Positions 19,501-40,059 of a DNA stretch of 64,000 bases are shown piece by piece. The notes beneath the pieces are model-generated. The model searched no databases, was not told the origin of the DNA, and saw only the letters and a program-made list of their open reading frames with translations. Positions within the stretch are counted from its first letter, which is position 1. Each line of letters starts with the position of its first letter. A program made the position numbers and the translations under genes. Source of the DNA: the human T2T-CHM13v2.0 reference genome, Homo sapiens; the NCBI RefSeq assembly GCF_009914755.1, contig NC_060946.1; one strand, written 5' to 3'.

Positions 19501-20126
19501 CTGCTGGGGACAGAGAGGTGGGGAGAGCCTCAGGGGGGTGCTGGGGCCCTCAGGACTCTGGTAGTTAGAGAGGGAGATTATTGGGAACAGTGGTGGCAAA
19601 GGAGCTGGGATAGTGAGACCTGTGGGGCCTGAGTCCAGGCTGGGTGCCTGCGCGGGTGGTTTGGCCTCTCTAGCCTCATGTTCCTCTTCTGTGAAATGGG
19701 GACGATAACAGGCCCTATTCACGGTGTTGTGAGATGAGGCACACAGGCTCTCCTCTCATTCATGGCCACTGTGTTGCATGTACCATGAATCAGTATCAGC
19801 TTGGGCCACATGAAATTGCCATTTTATAGGACAAAAATGGTCCATTTTTGCAGAAATTTGCAGTTTCCTCTGTGTCAAGTTAATATCACCAACCACTGGT
19901 ATTGCACCAGCTACAGGCTGTGCTGGGTCTGTGCAGAGCAGCCCCATGAGGAAACGGGAGAGCCTGGTTCTCAGGAGCTGGGCCTGGAGTCAGACCGACC
20001 CGTTTGAATCCATGCCCATGGACAGGTCGCCCCCACCAGGGCCCCGTTGGCATCTCAGATGATGCAAATCTGAGCCCTGTACAGACAGTGTTACCTGATT
20101 CTCATGCTCTATGAGGAAGGCTCTGG

Positions 20127-21825
20127 GTTTTTTTTGTTTGTTTGTTTTTCTTTTTGTTTTGAGACAGTCTCACTCCGTTGGCCCAGCCTGGAGTACAGTG
20201 GTGCCATCTCGGCTCACTGCAACTTCTGCCTTCCGGGTTCAAGCAATTCTCCTGCCTCAGACTCCCAAGTAGCTGAGATTACAGACACACACCACCATGC
20301 CCAGCTAATTTTTGTATTTTTAGTAGAGATGGGGTTTCACCATGTTGGCCAGGCTGGTCTTGAACTCCTGACCTCAGACGATCTGCCCGCCTGGGCCTCC
20401 CAAAGTGCTAGGATTACAGGCGTGAGTTGCCGTGCCCAGCCGAAAGGCTCTGTTTTTATCCCCACTTCACAGATGGGCACACCAAGGCTCAGAGTTACAC
20501 GGCGAGCTCTGCCATCAGTGGAATTTCTGTCTGGCACAGCATGGTGCAGGGTGCAGGGTGGCTACCCAAGATCACTGGGGCAGGCCCTGTGGTAATTACA
20601 GGGCCCCATGGGTGGGGTGCCATCCCTCCCCCACCTACACCCATCATCTGCCCAGCTGGGCCACTCACGTGGAGGCCAGGCCGGCATGCAGCGGGGGCAC
20701 GGCATAGGAGTACATCAGCAGCAGGAAACTAGTGAAGAGCGCGCCCAGCACCAGCCCCTTAGCCATGGACTCCCAGGGCTTCTTCTGCGGTGGCAGCATC
20801 TCAGACACCTGCAGGGGCAGCACAGAGTAGGGCAAGTGTCAGGAAGCTGGCCCCAGGGAGCCCCCAAGGCTGCCCAGGCCTGGCAGTTGAGCCCTGCCTT
20901 TGCCTGCTCTGTGGCCCCCCAGCAGGGTCCAGACAGGGACAGAGAGGCACTGGAGAGATAGACTGACAACCACCTGGAAAGAGACAGCCCCAGGGTTGCA
21001 GAGACGGTGGGTGAAGCAACTCAAAGAGAGGTTGGGGAATGGGGCAGGGAGAAGGTTAAAATTTAAAAATTAAAATGAACCGGGTAGAGAACCAGGGCCC
21101 CAAACTTTCCACTCCTTTTAATTTTTAAGCTGGCTGATAAGAAATAAAAGAAAAAGAAACAGAAGAAAAAATGAGACAACTAATACTTATTACCTTTTTT
21201 TTTTAGTTATCTTATTTTTTCTTCTGTTTCTTTTTCTTGTATTTTTTATAAAAATATATATTTAAAACATTCTTCAATTTTACTTCAAATTCTCCCAGAT
21301 CCTGAAGTTATTTTTTATACCTTTTAGGGCATCATAATGAAATTATTTCCTTTTTTATATTTTAATTTTTTTAAAAATAGAGACAGTTTTGCCACGTTGC
21401 CTAGGCTGGTCTCGAACTCCTGGGCTCAAGCAATCCGCCCGCCTTGGCCTCCCAAATTGCTGGGATGACAGACGTGAGCCATCGCGCCCGACCATGAAAC
21501 ACTTTTCTAAGGCAAAAGGAAAAAGCCTGGGCACAGTGGCTCACACCTGTCATCCCAGCACTTTGGGAGGATGAGGCAGGCGGAGTGCTTGAGCCAGGAG
21601 TTCAAGACCAGCCTGGGCATATGGTGAGAACCTATCTCTACAAAACAAAATTTAAAAAAATTCACCAGGCGTGGTGGCACATGCCTGTAGTCCTAGTTAC
21701 TTGGAAGGCTGAGGCGGGAGGATTGCTTGAGCCTGAGTTCCAGTGAGCCATGACTGTGCCGCTGCACTCCAGCTCTGGATGACACAGTGAGACCCTGTCT
21801 CAAATAAATAAACAAATAAATAAGA
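20127..21825. mobile_element. Alus in GAL3ST1 introns (20127-20441 -, monomer 21360-21490 -, 21526-21825 +)
   Basis: Alu consensus. Confidence 0.85.
20669..20799 (-). CDS. GAL3ST1: GAL3ST1 first coding exon (cytoplasmic tail + type II TM: MLPPQKKPWESMAKGLVLGALFTSFLLLMYSYAVPPLHAGLAS)
   Basis: ATG at 20799-20797. The exon starts at 20808 after CTGCAG and ends at a GTGAGT donor (20668). Phase 2 joins the last exon. Confidence 0.95.
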
Positions 21826-21958
21826 AGGAAAAGAAGACCCTCTCCCCGTGCCCTGGGCCCTCCCTCCCCCAGGCCTGGGCCAGGGCTGTCTATAGGGAAG
21901 GCCAAGGGCTCTCTGGGGCCTGAATCCTTCACCTTTCAGAAGGCACAGCCAGCCCTAC

Positions 21959-22066
21959 CTGTCCCCTGTGCCACCCACCCCACAGTGGTACAGGTGAGGT
22001 GCCCAGTAAGAGCCCAGGGCTCTTCTCTCCTCACTGGCCCTTGTGCCCCTAGAGTCTGTAGGGTGG
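21959..22066 (-). other. GAL3ST1: GAL3ST1 non-coding 5'UTR internal exon
   Basis: Donor CAG|GTAGGG at 21958. Acceptor TTTCTCCATCAG at 22067-22068; an alternative acceptor is CTACAG about 11 nt inside. Confidence 0.6.
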
Positions 22067-22169
22067 CTGATGGAGAAACTGAGGCTCACAGCTGGGAAGA
22101 AGAAGGCTCAAGTCACACAGCTGGCCAGGCCTCTGCTCACATACCCACCCCCTTTCCAAAGCCAGCCTG

Positions 22170-23130
<961 letters not shown>

Positions 23131-24060
23131 ATCAGCAGGGGACTGAGACATGGACTGTAACGGGGGCAGTTCAGGCTGAGGAACTGGAGTCCAGGAGAGA
23201 GCTGCGGCTTGGAGGGCCTTCCCACCTCCCCTTAGCTGCAAAACCAGGTCCCCAAACTTTCTACTCTTGTCCCGAACTTTCCACTTCTGTCCTGGCTCAC
23301 ACTGCACTGCGCCCTGGGCCCCTGAGGCCAGGAAAAGTCACATGTGCTAATAACTACATGCATGCATTATCACCACTGTCCCTGGAGTCAGTCCCCCTGG
23401 GGGAGGGTCACACACACTATGCCCTGGAAAAGTTATGCTGAGGTGGGAGGATTGCTTGAGCCTGGGGGGCAGAGGTTGGCAGAGGTTACCGTGAGCCAAG
23501 GTCGCACCACTGCACTTCAGCCTGGGTGACCAGAGTGAGGCCCCATCTCAAAAAAAGGCAATAATTGTCAACACGTTAACAAATGTGTTAGTTAATTTGT
23601 TACTTAACACATTTAAGTAACAAATCAGAAAGCTTGCAAAGCGGAATAAACCCGGCAGCCATGGAGGGGCCCCAGCACCAACCTCAGGCTCTGGGACCCT
23701 CAAGCCTGTGTTTCAATCCAGCACTGTGATTTCAGACAAGCCAAGAACCCTCATGGAGTCTCAGTTTTTCATCTGTAAAATGAGAAAGCTGGAGGCGCCC
23801 CTAGCCATTCTCTGGAGAACTTTTCTAAGCAAGCAACCAGCACATAGTCATCACTTAGAGTGTTATCTGTACCCCTCCTGAGGCCCGGGGGGCCTGCCTT
23901 CAACCCCAAAAGGAGTAGGGGCTGGGCCGCCCACAAAGCACAAACCTGCCTCAGCCTCAAGCACCCCTGTCAGCCTCCCACTTCTCAGCGACCCAGCAGA
24001 AAACAGGGCAGAGTCGTGGACCAGATCATAGTCCAAAACTCTGGGCCTCAGTTTCTCTGA

Positions 24061-25870
<1,810 letters not shown>

Positions 25871-26250
25871 GCCCTAAGGCTGTGAGACTGAGATAATGCA
25901 CGTACCCAGGAGATCAACTCATATTAATTATTATCATACCATTGACTCTGACCCAGCCTTGGTTCACCGGCGTGCCAGAGGTGAGGTCCCTTCCATGCCC
26001 CGCTGCAGGCAAGCCTACCAGTGACTCATCCCTGAGCTCCCCGAGCCTGGCACCTGGTGAATGTGTGATGAATGACTTCCCATGACCCTCAGGGCAGAAG
26101 GTGTCCAGGGCTATAGAGCCCGTGCAGAGAATGTGGATGAGGACATGGTCCAGGCAGACAACACCTCACTGAGACACAGGAGAGATCCTGTGTAGGAGAC
26201 CTACAGACGAAAGTAATACATGTGAGGCACATGCATGTAAAAGCTCCCAT

Positions 26251-27517
<1,267 letters not shown>

Positions 27518-28229
27518 TACCAGCTGACCCTCCATCACAGGGTGCTGTGCAGATCCTCTGCATTCCACAGGGAAAGCACCCAGCCCGAGGCTGGTGCAGA
27601 GCAGACAGTCACTCAGCAGGGCCTGCCATCATTGTTATCATCATTATCATCATTACGTTCCCAGGGTCCCAGCCACAACCCCATCAAAGTGTGTGCCCAC
27701 TGGCCCACGATGGAGGCTTGCAGGCAGCCAAGTCCAGGGATGATCTCAATGTAGCCAGAGACTCCTAGCCTCAGGGTCAGAAGACAAAGAGGCAGGGAGG
27801 CTCAGACTCAGAGAGGGCAAGGATACCTTTGGGGTAACACAGCCCAGCAGCAGCAGAGACAGGACTAGAACCTGGGTCTCCCACCTCCTCCACCCACAGT
27901 AGTGACAACTGCAGGCACTCAGGATGGACGGTCCCCCCGTCACCAGCCCACTCCATCTATTCCTGCCCTTCTAGATTACGCCCATCACATTGGCCTGCAT
28001 CAGTGCAGGCAGCTGGCAGCAGGCCAGGCCCAGCCATCCTCCTGTTTAGCTGAACTGATGCCCTCCAGGGAATGAAGGAGAAACAGGACTTATTCCCCCA
28101 CATCATGCACAAAGGGAAACTCAGCCCAGGATGGTAAACCTTCTGGCTTAGAGCATCACCACCAGTCAGGTCTCAGGGTATCCTACTTTCCCTGTAACCC
28201 CTGTGGTGGAGCAAAAGAGACACACTCAC

Positions 28230-28400
28230 CTCGGGCTGTGGCTGGCTGCCCCTTTCTACCCACTGCCTGAGCCACGTCCAACTCCCAGGCTGCCTCTGCG
28301 ATCACTGGGAGACAGGAATGCTCCAATGACACCCAGCAGCAAGCTGGCTGGCTCCCTCCCACTCCAGTGGTGTGAATATTCATGAGTTTGCTTCCTGGGG
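28230..28400 (-). promoter_or_regulatory. GAL3ST1: Candidate GAL3ST1 alternative first exon
   Basis: Consensus donor GAG|GTGAGT at 28229 in unique non-repeat sequence. The 5' boundary is not determinable. Confidence 0.5.
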
Positions 28401-29961
28401 ATAGCAGGTGGCACACCCCAGTACCCTGCAGGTGTTGCCCAGGCCTTCTGCCTCCACTGGACAGCTCTGGCCAGTCCTCACCTCTCTTTGGACCCCAACA
28501 AGCAAGCAGCTCTTTCATCCAAGGGCACAGAAAGATTCCAGGTATCCTTGGGCCAAGGACACAGCAACCGCAGACGCCTGCAGAGAGCCCAGAACAGGCT
28601 CTAAGGCTGAGTGAGGGACAGAGAGGTGCAGGTGGGCTGGGGTGCCAGAGGGCTAATTGCCCCACCTATTGCATTTCATTTAAGTCTCACAGCTGATGCA
28701 TCAAGCACCCCTGTTAGTCTACCCTCCTGGTAAAGAAACCAAAGCTCAGAGAGGTAACGTCACCTGCCCAAGGTCACGCAGCTAGTAGAGGGCAGACAGA
28801 GCTGGAGTACATACGCAGACTTGCCAAACTCCAGGGCTTAAAGATGCTGAGACACAACCAGGGACCAAGGTTTATCTAAAATCTGTGGGAACCCAGAAGA
28901 ATGAACAACTAACTCAGCCTGGAAGGCTTCCAGGAGGCAGAGCATCTGACCAGGGCTCAGAAGATGAGTCTGGCAAGATTTCACTTCCTGAGCTCTAAAT
29001 CTTTCATCAGAGAGGGTGTCCTGCCTCTATCCCTGGGTGAGGAATGGTGATACCCAGACACTCGACCAGCTCTGCAGGATTTGGGCTGATTGGAGATGCA
29101 GATCTTCCCCAAGGCCTTGGCAGAAGAGGCAGTTCTAGGTGCCCTGGCCCTAAGCCCCAGGAACCCTAGGACTCAGTTCAGGCACTTGAATCTTAGGTTC
29201 AGGTCAGTTGTCTCAGCTTTGCCCATGGGCAGAGGGTCTCCTTGTGCCCAGAAATGCCTCCTCCATCCTCCCTTCAGCACTGCTGCCTAGAACCCCATCA
29301 TGGACCAGGCAGGTGTCACCATTTAGGGACCCAGGTGCCACCATCAATTAATAATGATCATTATTGTGACAGTCATTCATCCCACACTAAGCACTTTCAT
29401 AGGCTAAGCAGCTGCCAGCCTCTCCCAGGGAACAGCAGGCATCCTCACTTGCTCTGAGTCCCCCTTTCCCTCAAAGCCTCACCAGTCTGGGAGCAGCCCC
29501 CAAGCACCCACGAAACACCAGAGCTTAAACTGCCACAAGGCAGACCAGAGTCGCCTTCTCTCTAGGTACTGGAACCAGGTTTGGGACATGGTATGGAGTT
29601 GTTTTATCCAGCCTAACATCCCATTGACCTTCTGCCTTTTGAGCTGAGCTAGAATGAAGACAGCTTTCTGACGGTGAGTCAGGGCGGAGCTGGCATCAAA
29701 CCGCAGGGGCTGTAGTTTATTAGCGTGGACTCTGAACCCAACACGGTCCACTTCTGTGCTTGGGACCTGTCATGCATCATGCAGCCTCATAGTCCTCTCT
29801 GGGGAGCTCTTGTTATCACCTCCATTTTATAGAGGAGTGAGAACTTCATCTAGGTGAGAGTGAAGTGCAGGCTTTTGAACAAGAAGTGAGATCGTGGCTG
29901 AGGAGGTGAGCAACTAGCCAAGGGAAGCAAAGATTTCCAGAGTAGGGAGCACTGATGGTAG

Positions 29962-31447
<1,486 letters not shown>

Positions 31448-32023
31448 TAGAGTTCATGATAACCCGGTGCAGAGAACTCAGGGCTCACAGTCCTAACTGG
31501 GGAGACACAGGAACACACAGCTGTGAGGCGTGTGATGGACAACGGATTGTCTGAGGCTTGCAGAAGCACGAAGAAAACACCTGATCCAGCCTTGGGGCGG
31601 AGACAGCAGTATCAGGAAGGCTTCCTGGGGTAGGGGCCTCTGGTGGCAGAAGCTGTTGTGTGGTCTCCAATTTCCAAAGACAGTCCCCTTTTTTCCACGG
31701 CAGCACAGCTAGACTATATTTCCCATGCGCCCTTGCAGTTCAGTGTCCTCACATAACTGGGTCCTGGCCAATGATATGTGAACAGAATGCCAGCTGATGA
31801 GGTTAAGTGGGTGGACCTTTTCTGTGGTCTCCTTTCCCATTTACTGGATGAACGGGGTGGTCTCCAAGGATCTGGGCATGGGCGGAGCTGGGAGGAGCCT
31901 AGGTCTTTGCATCTCCACCCACCAGACACTGACTGGATTTCAAGAAAACGAGAACTGTATTAAGCCTTTTAGAACTTCAGGTTTGTCTGTTACAGCAGCT
32001 AGCATTAACTAATATGCCTGTTA

Positions 32024-32545
<522 letters not shown>

Positions 32546-33209
32546 CTAGATCCTGTGGGCTGTAGGGACAGACCCACAGGAGGGTCTTCAGCAGAGGAGG
32601 GAGCAGATGGGATTCCCATTGGGCTACTGGGTAAGAAATGAACTGTAGGGATGGGGAAGGAGAGGGAGGAGCAGGCCGACCTCCATAGTAGTTGTTACAG
32701 CTGTGCAGGTGTGACCTGGAACAAGAAGGCTGGGGAAGTACCAGAGCTGTCTGTAGACCATGCAAAGGTAGCATCCTATTGGCAGCAGGTATGGAGGAGA
32801 GGAGGGAAGAGTTGCTGTTGGGTGACTGGCTGGCTGGAGGTAGAGCTAGTCCCTGAGTCTGGGAGGCTGAGAAAGGGCCAGGTTGAATGCTGGGTGAAGC
32901 AGGTGGTGTCTGGTTCTGTTTAGAATACTCTGAGTCTGAGGGATGTTTGGGATGATCATAGAATGCCTGAAGAGCAGTAGGAGCAAAGAGGGGGGTCTTG
33001 GGGGAGGGAAAGAGGTAGGCGGGGAGCTGGGCACCAAAGTGGGAATTGAGGCCATAGGAATAACTAGAGTCACCAGGGAAGGGTGAGGAAGGACAGGGAG
33101 CCTGTGCTTACGGAGCAGGGTGAAGAAGAGCTCCCTAAGGAGACAAAACAGGGCAGCTAGGGCTGTATCAGAGTTTGCAGCACCGCTATTCCCCCATAAA
33201 CCATTCCCC

Positions 33210-34203
<994 letters not shown>

Positions 34204-34379
34204 GAGTTGCCTAATATTAAGCCTGGAATGCACTGTTTATGGAATAAACTTATTCATGTAGAGAAAAGTTGTACATTCGTACATGTGTATAAGGGTCTGG
34301 AAAGACACCCAGTTATAAATTGTAGCTCTCTGGGGAGTAAGCCCATTCACTTTCTGGAACATATTTTGATTCTGTGATG

Positions 34380-34381
<2 letters not shown>

Positions 34382-34418
<37 letters not shown>
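34382..34418. repeat. (CA)n microsatellite
   Basis: Uninterrupted AC repeats. Confidence 0.95.
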
Positions 34419-34422
<4 letters not shown>

Positions 34423-34942
34423 TTACAAAACAGCTTATATTACTTTGGAAAGATAAATAAAGATATTTCCACTTTGAAAATCTGCAGCCTGGCTGGAGGA
34501 AGATGAGCCCCACCTCTCCTCACTGTGTGGCCGAGGCAAGACACTCTGCCCTCTCTGAACCTCAGTGCACCAAGTGAGGAAGGGGCAACAGGGGCCTGGG
34601 ACTGAGAAGGAGCTGGGAAGTGTGGGTGGCACAGCAGAAGGGGCGGATGGGATAGGTTAACCCTCCATCCAGGGGTACTGGGGAAGTGACTTGCAAGCAC
34701 CTAGAAGCTTCCTCAATCTGAGCCCCTCTAGAATGGGGTGCTGGAGCAGAGAGGGGGAAGACCACCTATTGGAGCATTTCAGCTGGATCCCAACTCGCTG
34801 GCTCAGAGGACCACTTCCAAAATGTCAGCCCAGACATCTGGCCCCTGCTGCGACCTAGCCTGCAGGGGTGGATGCAGGTGGTAGCTGGCCCAGCAGTTGA
34901 GAGAGGGTAATGTTCTTTGATGATTCAGAAAGCACTTTTTGA

Positions 34943-35426
<484 letters not shown>

Positions 35427-37749
35427 CTACACTGCCTTGTCTGGGTAAATCACCCCGCTTCCTGAGGGGGGGATTTGAGTAGCCTTAGAGAAGCGCTAAC
35501 TGGGGCGTTGCAAGTCACAGCTTCACCAAGAAGTCAGTCACTTTGTCATTAGCTCCAAAAATGCTGAGAACCCCAGAGCTGAGTATGTAGGAGTTGATAA
35601 TATCAGTCTCTGTACCTTACAACATGCCTGAAATATTTTTTAAGGATTCTTATGCGCTTATTTGCCTAAAACTATGTAACAATATAAAGGTTTGTGAAAA
35701 GGTATTGACACTTGCAATGCACAATGCCGGAGATACATACACCCACCTCTCCATTCCTGGAAACTCGCCTGGTAACAAATGCTGGCTCCACCACCCCCCA
35801 AGCTGGGTGACCTTGGGCAAGTGACTTCCCCTCTCTGAGCCTTGGTTTCCTAAAAAATGGCAGGTACTATGATGCTTTCACAGGCCTGCTGTGAGGCACG
35901 CAGAGCCCTTCACACACTCAGCGTTAGCTCCTCTGATTGTATTGTGATCCTCCTAGATCCCACCTGGTAGGGGAAGCGGGCTCTGTCCAGACTTCTAGAA
36001 GGATACCATCCCCATCCAAGGAGCCAGAACTAGCAGGAGGGAAGGCAGGCATCTTCTGGGCCCCCACTTCCTCCCACCATCACCCCTCACCTGGAGATTC
36101 CAGCAGTCCCCAGCCTGATGACCCCCATGGGCACCTGTGTTCCATCCTGCTCTGCCCTGTTTGGAGTCGTGTGGAGCCCCTAAAAGGGCTCATCCATATT
36201 CCTCACCCAGTCAAAGTGAAGCAAGGAGCCCTTCAGGAGCCTGCAGCCGGGCCCAGAATTCCATTTGTGCATCATTCTCTCAGGTTAATCATTGCCTCTT
36301 TCACTGGATGGCACACCCAGTCCCTCAGAACACAGTGGGAGGGGCTGTGGGGGACACACTCCTCCCTTGCTGGGCGACAAGAGGGCATCGGACCCATTAA
36401 GGGAAGGGGATGCATGGGGACCAGGCATTCTCTGTCCGCAAGGAGCTTCCTCCAGGAAGGGCTCTGCCTGAGCAAGCAGGGAATAAAGCAGGCTGAGGTG
36501 GCAGCTGGGAACAGGGCTTCGTTGTCTCGGCTCCCGGGGTAGCAGCCTGCTCACCCGCTGAAGTGTCAGGCGGAGCTGGGAGCCAGGGAGGCGAGGGGGG
36601 GTGTCCAGAGCTGAGGGTTTGGGGCAGCCCAGGCAGATCCAAGAAGGCAGGACCCCAAAGGAGCAGAGAGAGGTCATGGGTTGGGCTGGGGTCCTGAAAT
36701 GGGGGCCAGGGCAAGACTCCTATGATTTGGAGTCAGCTCAGCTACCTCTGAGCCATGTGACCTTGGACAAGTCATTGAATTTCCCTGAGCCTCAGTATCC
36801 CCCTCTGGATAATGGGGATAGGTAGCAATGCCTCCTTCACAGGACAAGGAACAGTGCGTACACAGTGACTGCTCTGGTCCAGGACTGCCCTCCTGTGCCC
36901 CCTGTGTGGGCCTGGATGAGCCTCACCCTCTCTGGGCCTCAGGTCACCCCGTCAGTAAAGGAAGAGATTGGGTTTTCCCAACTGGAATGGACAGTCCTCT
37001 ACACCTCTCTCCCCTCTGGAGGATTCTCATGCACCTGTCACCGCGGCAGCCCGGGGATCAGGTGTCAGGCATGCTGCCTTCTCTCCCTTTCCTTCCCCCT
37101 GGTGTGGGTTACAGCAGCCAGACATGCCCATCACCTCTCTGGCTCTGGGCAGCTGGGCGGGGCAGTTCCCACTGGGCAGGGCTCGGTCTGTAGTGTGCTC
37201 TGTGCTGGTACCAAAATGCTGGCCTGGCACCGAAGGGGCAGATCAAGCTGGACCCCCTTCCTGGGCACTGGGCTAGGAAACAGGAACTGTAGGATTTCCT
37301 ATAGGACCCCTCCTGGATGCCAGGGTTTGTCCCACTCTCCCAAACCTCTCCTTGGTGGCTTTGCTTCCTCTGGGGTACAGGCCAGGGCCTTCCCCCAGCA
37401 GAGGGGATCCATCCCTTACTATGGTCTCCGGTTCCTGCTCTGATCCCCTTTCTAGGAAGGGCTGATGGAGACAGGGGAGATCTCTGCCCCTCCTCCCCTA
37501 GGGCTCTGGCCACTGTGTCCAAGATTAATCATTAACGCACTCCCAGCTCCAGCTCAGCCCCAGCAGCCTGCCTTCTGCCCCACCCATCCCACCTTCAGGG
37601 ACTGGGAAGCCCTGGAAGGGGGGTTGGGGGACAGGGGAAAAAACCAAGGGCATGGGGGGCACCAACCTGTGCCCTCCCTGGCCCCTACCAGGCCACCCTC
37701 TGGCAGTGGGCAGGGGTACCCAGCGCTTAGAACAGCGGTACTGCACTCC

Positions 37750-38310
37750 TACTCCCCTCCTCCGGCGCGTGGTCCCAGTTTGGGGGTTAGCGTAATGTGG
37801 GCGGTATCCCCAGGGAGTAGACTGAGGCAGGGCTCAAGCTGGCAGTGGGTGCTGGAGCCCGGGACGTACCTTGTCCCCGTCCTCCTCCGCCTCAGCGTGG
37901 CTGGCTCGGCCCGGGCCGCGCCGCCCGGGCGCTCACTGGGCGGCGGGGCGCACCCGGCCGGGCCCCCCGCTCCACCAGGCCTGGTCCATGCCCCCGCCCC
38001 CGCCGCCGCTGCCGCGCCGCGCCCGCTCCCGCGCCGCGCCCGCTCCCGGCCAGGTGCCGCCGCCAGCCTGGCCCAGCCTCCGGCGCCGGGGCCAATGGAC
38101 GCCCCGGACCCCAGACCCCTCCCCGCCCCGGGCCGGCCCCCTCCCCGCCCCATCCCGGCCCCTCTGCGCCCGCCCGAGACGCACAGAAGCCGCATTCAGC
38201 GCGCTGGGGCGCAACGCTGCGCCCCCGCCGCCGGCCCAACAAGGCCCGTTTGTCTCGGACGCGCCAACGGGGCCATTGTCCCGCCCCGGTCCTCTGGCTC
38301 AACGGAGCCC
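37750..38310 (-). promoter_or_regulatory. GAL3ST1: CpG-island promoter and distal first exon of GAL3ST1
   Basis: Very high GC/CpG content with many GC boxes. Donor AAG|GTACGT with exon end at 37870. Confidence 0.75.
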
Positions 38311-40053
38311 CCAGCCCAGAAGACTTGAGGATGCCCAGGCTTGGTGGTGGTGGGGAGGGGAGCCAGGGCTCTGGGAAAAAGGCGGCGGACGGACTATTGC
38401 TTAACTTTGGTTGGGGGGTCCTGGGGCCCTTAGGATCCAATGGATCATACGGCTTCTTGCTCTAGTCAGTGCCAACTGGGGACGACACATTTTTGGCACT
38501 CATGGGAGTGGAGGGAGCTCAAGCAAGAGACTGAGCTCCAACTGGTCCTGTCACCTGGAGGTCTCAGCTGTCACTCTCTAGGGTGCCAATGAGGGCTGAG
38601 CAAGGCCACCAGGAGGCAGGTGTCCCATCCAGGCCCTGTCTCATTTTCCAGGCCTGGCCTTTCCTTCTTCACCCCAGAGGAGCAAGACCATGGATGAGGA
38701 CCAATGCCTGCCAGGGGCCAGGAATCCTCAGCGCCAGCTGTGGGCAGTAAGGAACCAGCTGGCCACCCAGTGGGGCCTGGGATGCGTCAGAGCCCCACTG
38801 CCCCCGCCATTACTGGGCGATTCTGGAATGGGGAAAATTCCACATCAGCATGGCTGCCAGGAATTTTTCCGTATCTGATGGGCCTGCGCTCTAGCCGTGT
38901 GGCCCTGGATGCACAGTTCCCCAGACAGGCCTGAGTTGTCTCCCGGGGCTGCAGGCTCTGGCTCCAGAGGTCCTGACCCTCTGTCCCAGCCTCTGGAGGC
39001 AACCTCACTCCCTCCCATCGCCGTGTGCATGACAGAGTGGGAATGGCACACAGCCCTCTCCTTCCACCCACAGCCAGTCCCAGCTGAGAGGGGGAGCCCT
39101 AGGTTTTCTGCTCCCCAGGCCAGAGCCTGCCCAAGCTCTTGCCTTCCCCCTGCACAGGTTGGACCTACATCCACTGCCACAAAAACATTCTCTGCCCACA
39201 CAGCCAGCAAACAGTGAGAGGCAGAGGGCAAGGCCCTCAGGTGCCTAGATTCAGGGAAAGTAGAGCCATTCCAAACCCACACTTCCTCAGCGTGGCCCCA
39301 ACCCTCGACAGCACTCACCCCGGGAAGTGAGTCCTGGGAGGGGCTGAGTGAGCACTGGGAGACCCAGGTTGTGGTCCTGGCTCCATCATGATGCACTGGC
39401 GGTTCCAGGCAAAGGCATATCCCAATGGGCGTCAGCAGGGACACTGCCAAGGTCAGCGGGGAAGCTGTCAGGCAGGCCTCACAGACCGTAAGTGCAGCTG
39501 CTGCGGAATCCTACGCTGGGAGGTACTCAGCGGTTCTGCCAACGCGCCAAGGCAAGCTGAGGGCAGGACCTCACCGCAGACCCACAGATCCTTCCGGTTC
39601 TGGCTTTTACCTTCTGGGCCGAGTCCAGCAGGAAGTGATATAAATCAGTTGGTGTTTACCAAGTACTTACCACACACCTGATATTACCAAGTCCATAAGG
39701 TCTGAGACTATAAAGTTATCACAGAACCCTCAACACATCCCTTTCAAAGAACAGAATCTCTACCAGTAACTGACACATGAGGAAGCAGGTGCAGAGGGAA
39801 AATGCCTGGGTTAGAATGTGAACCATGGTCAGACAGGCTGTGAAGCCCAGGTCCAGAACCTCTGCACCTACCTTTTGGCATCCCTGGACCTGGAGGGGTC
39901 CTTGGACATCCAGAGAGCTCTGAGCAGTGCCCAGCTCTGTCTCAGTAAATACCCAGGGCTGGCCCAGCCTGCAGCATAGAGTGCTAGGTAGGCCTCCTCC
40001 AACCCTAGGAAGGCTCATGGACACAAAATGCAATTGGCACAAAAGTCCAGTCA

Positions 40054-40059
40054 TTTAAT
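40054..40059 (-). terminator. PES1: PES1 polyadenylation signal ATTAAA
   Basis: TTTAAT on the + strand ~390 nt past the stop, with a TG-rich element downstream. Confidence 0.7.

Noticed and set aside
18474-19568. 364-aa plus-strand ORF antisense to GAL3ST1
   Set aside because: Shadow ORF produced by the high third-position GC of the real CDS. It has no recognisable domain or independent start context.
35937-37443. 190-200 aa ORFs in the GAL3ST1 upstream intron
   Set aside because: No domain similarity, partly MIR-derived, and no splice or codon evidence.
37465-38465. Several 150-290 aa Pro/Ala/Arg-rich ORFs
   Set aside because: Stop-codon scarcity in a CpG island; low-complexity translations on both strands.
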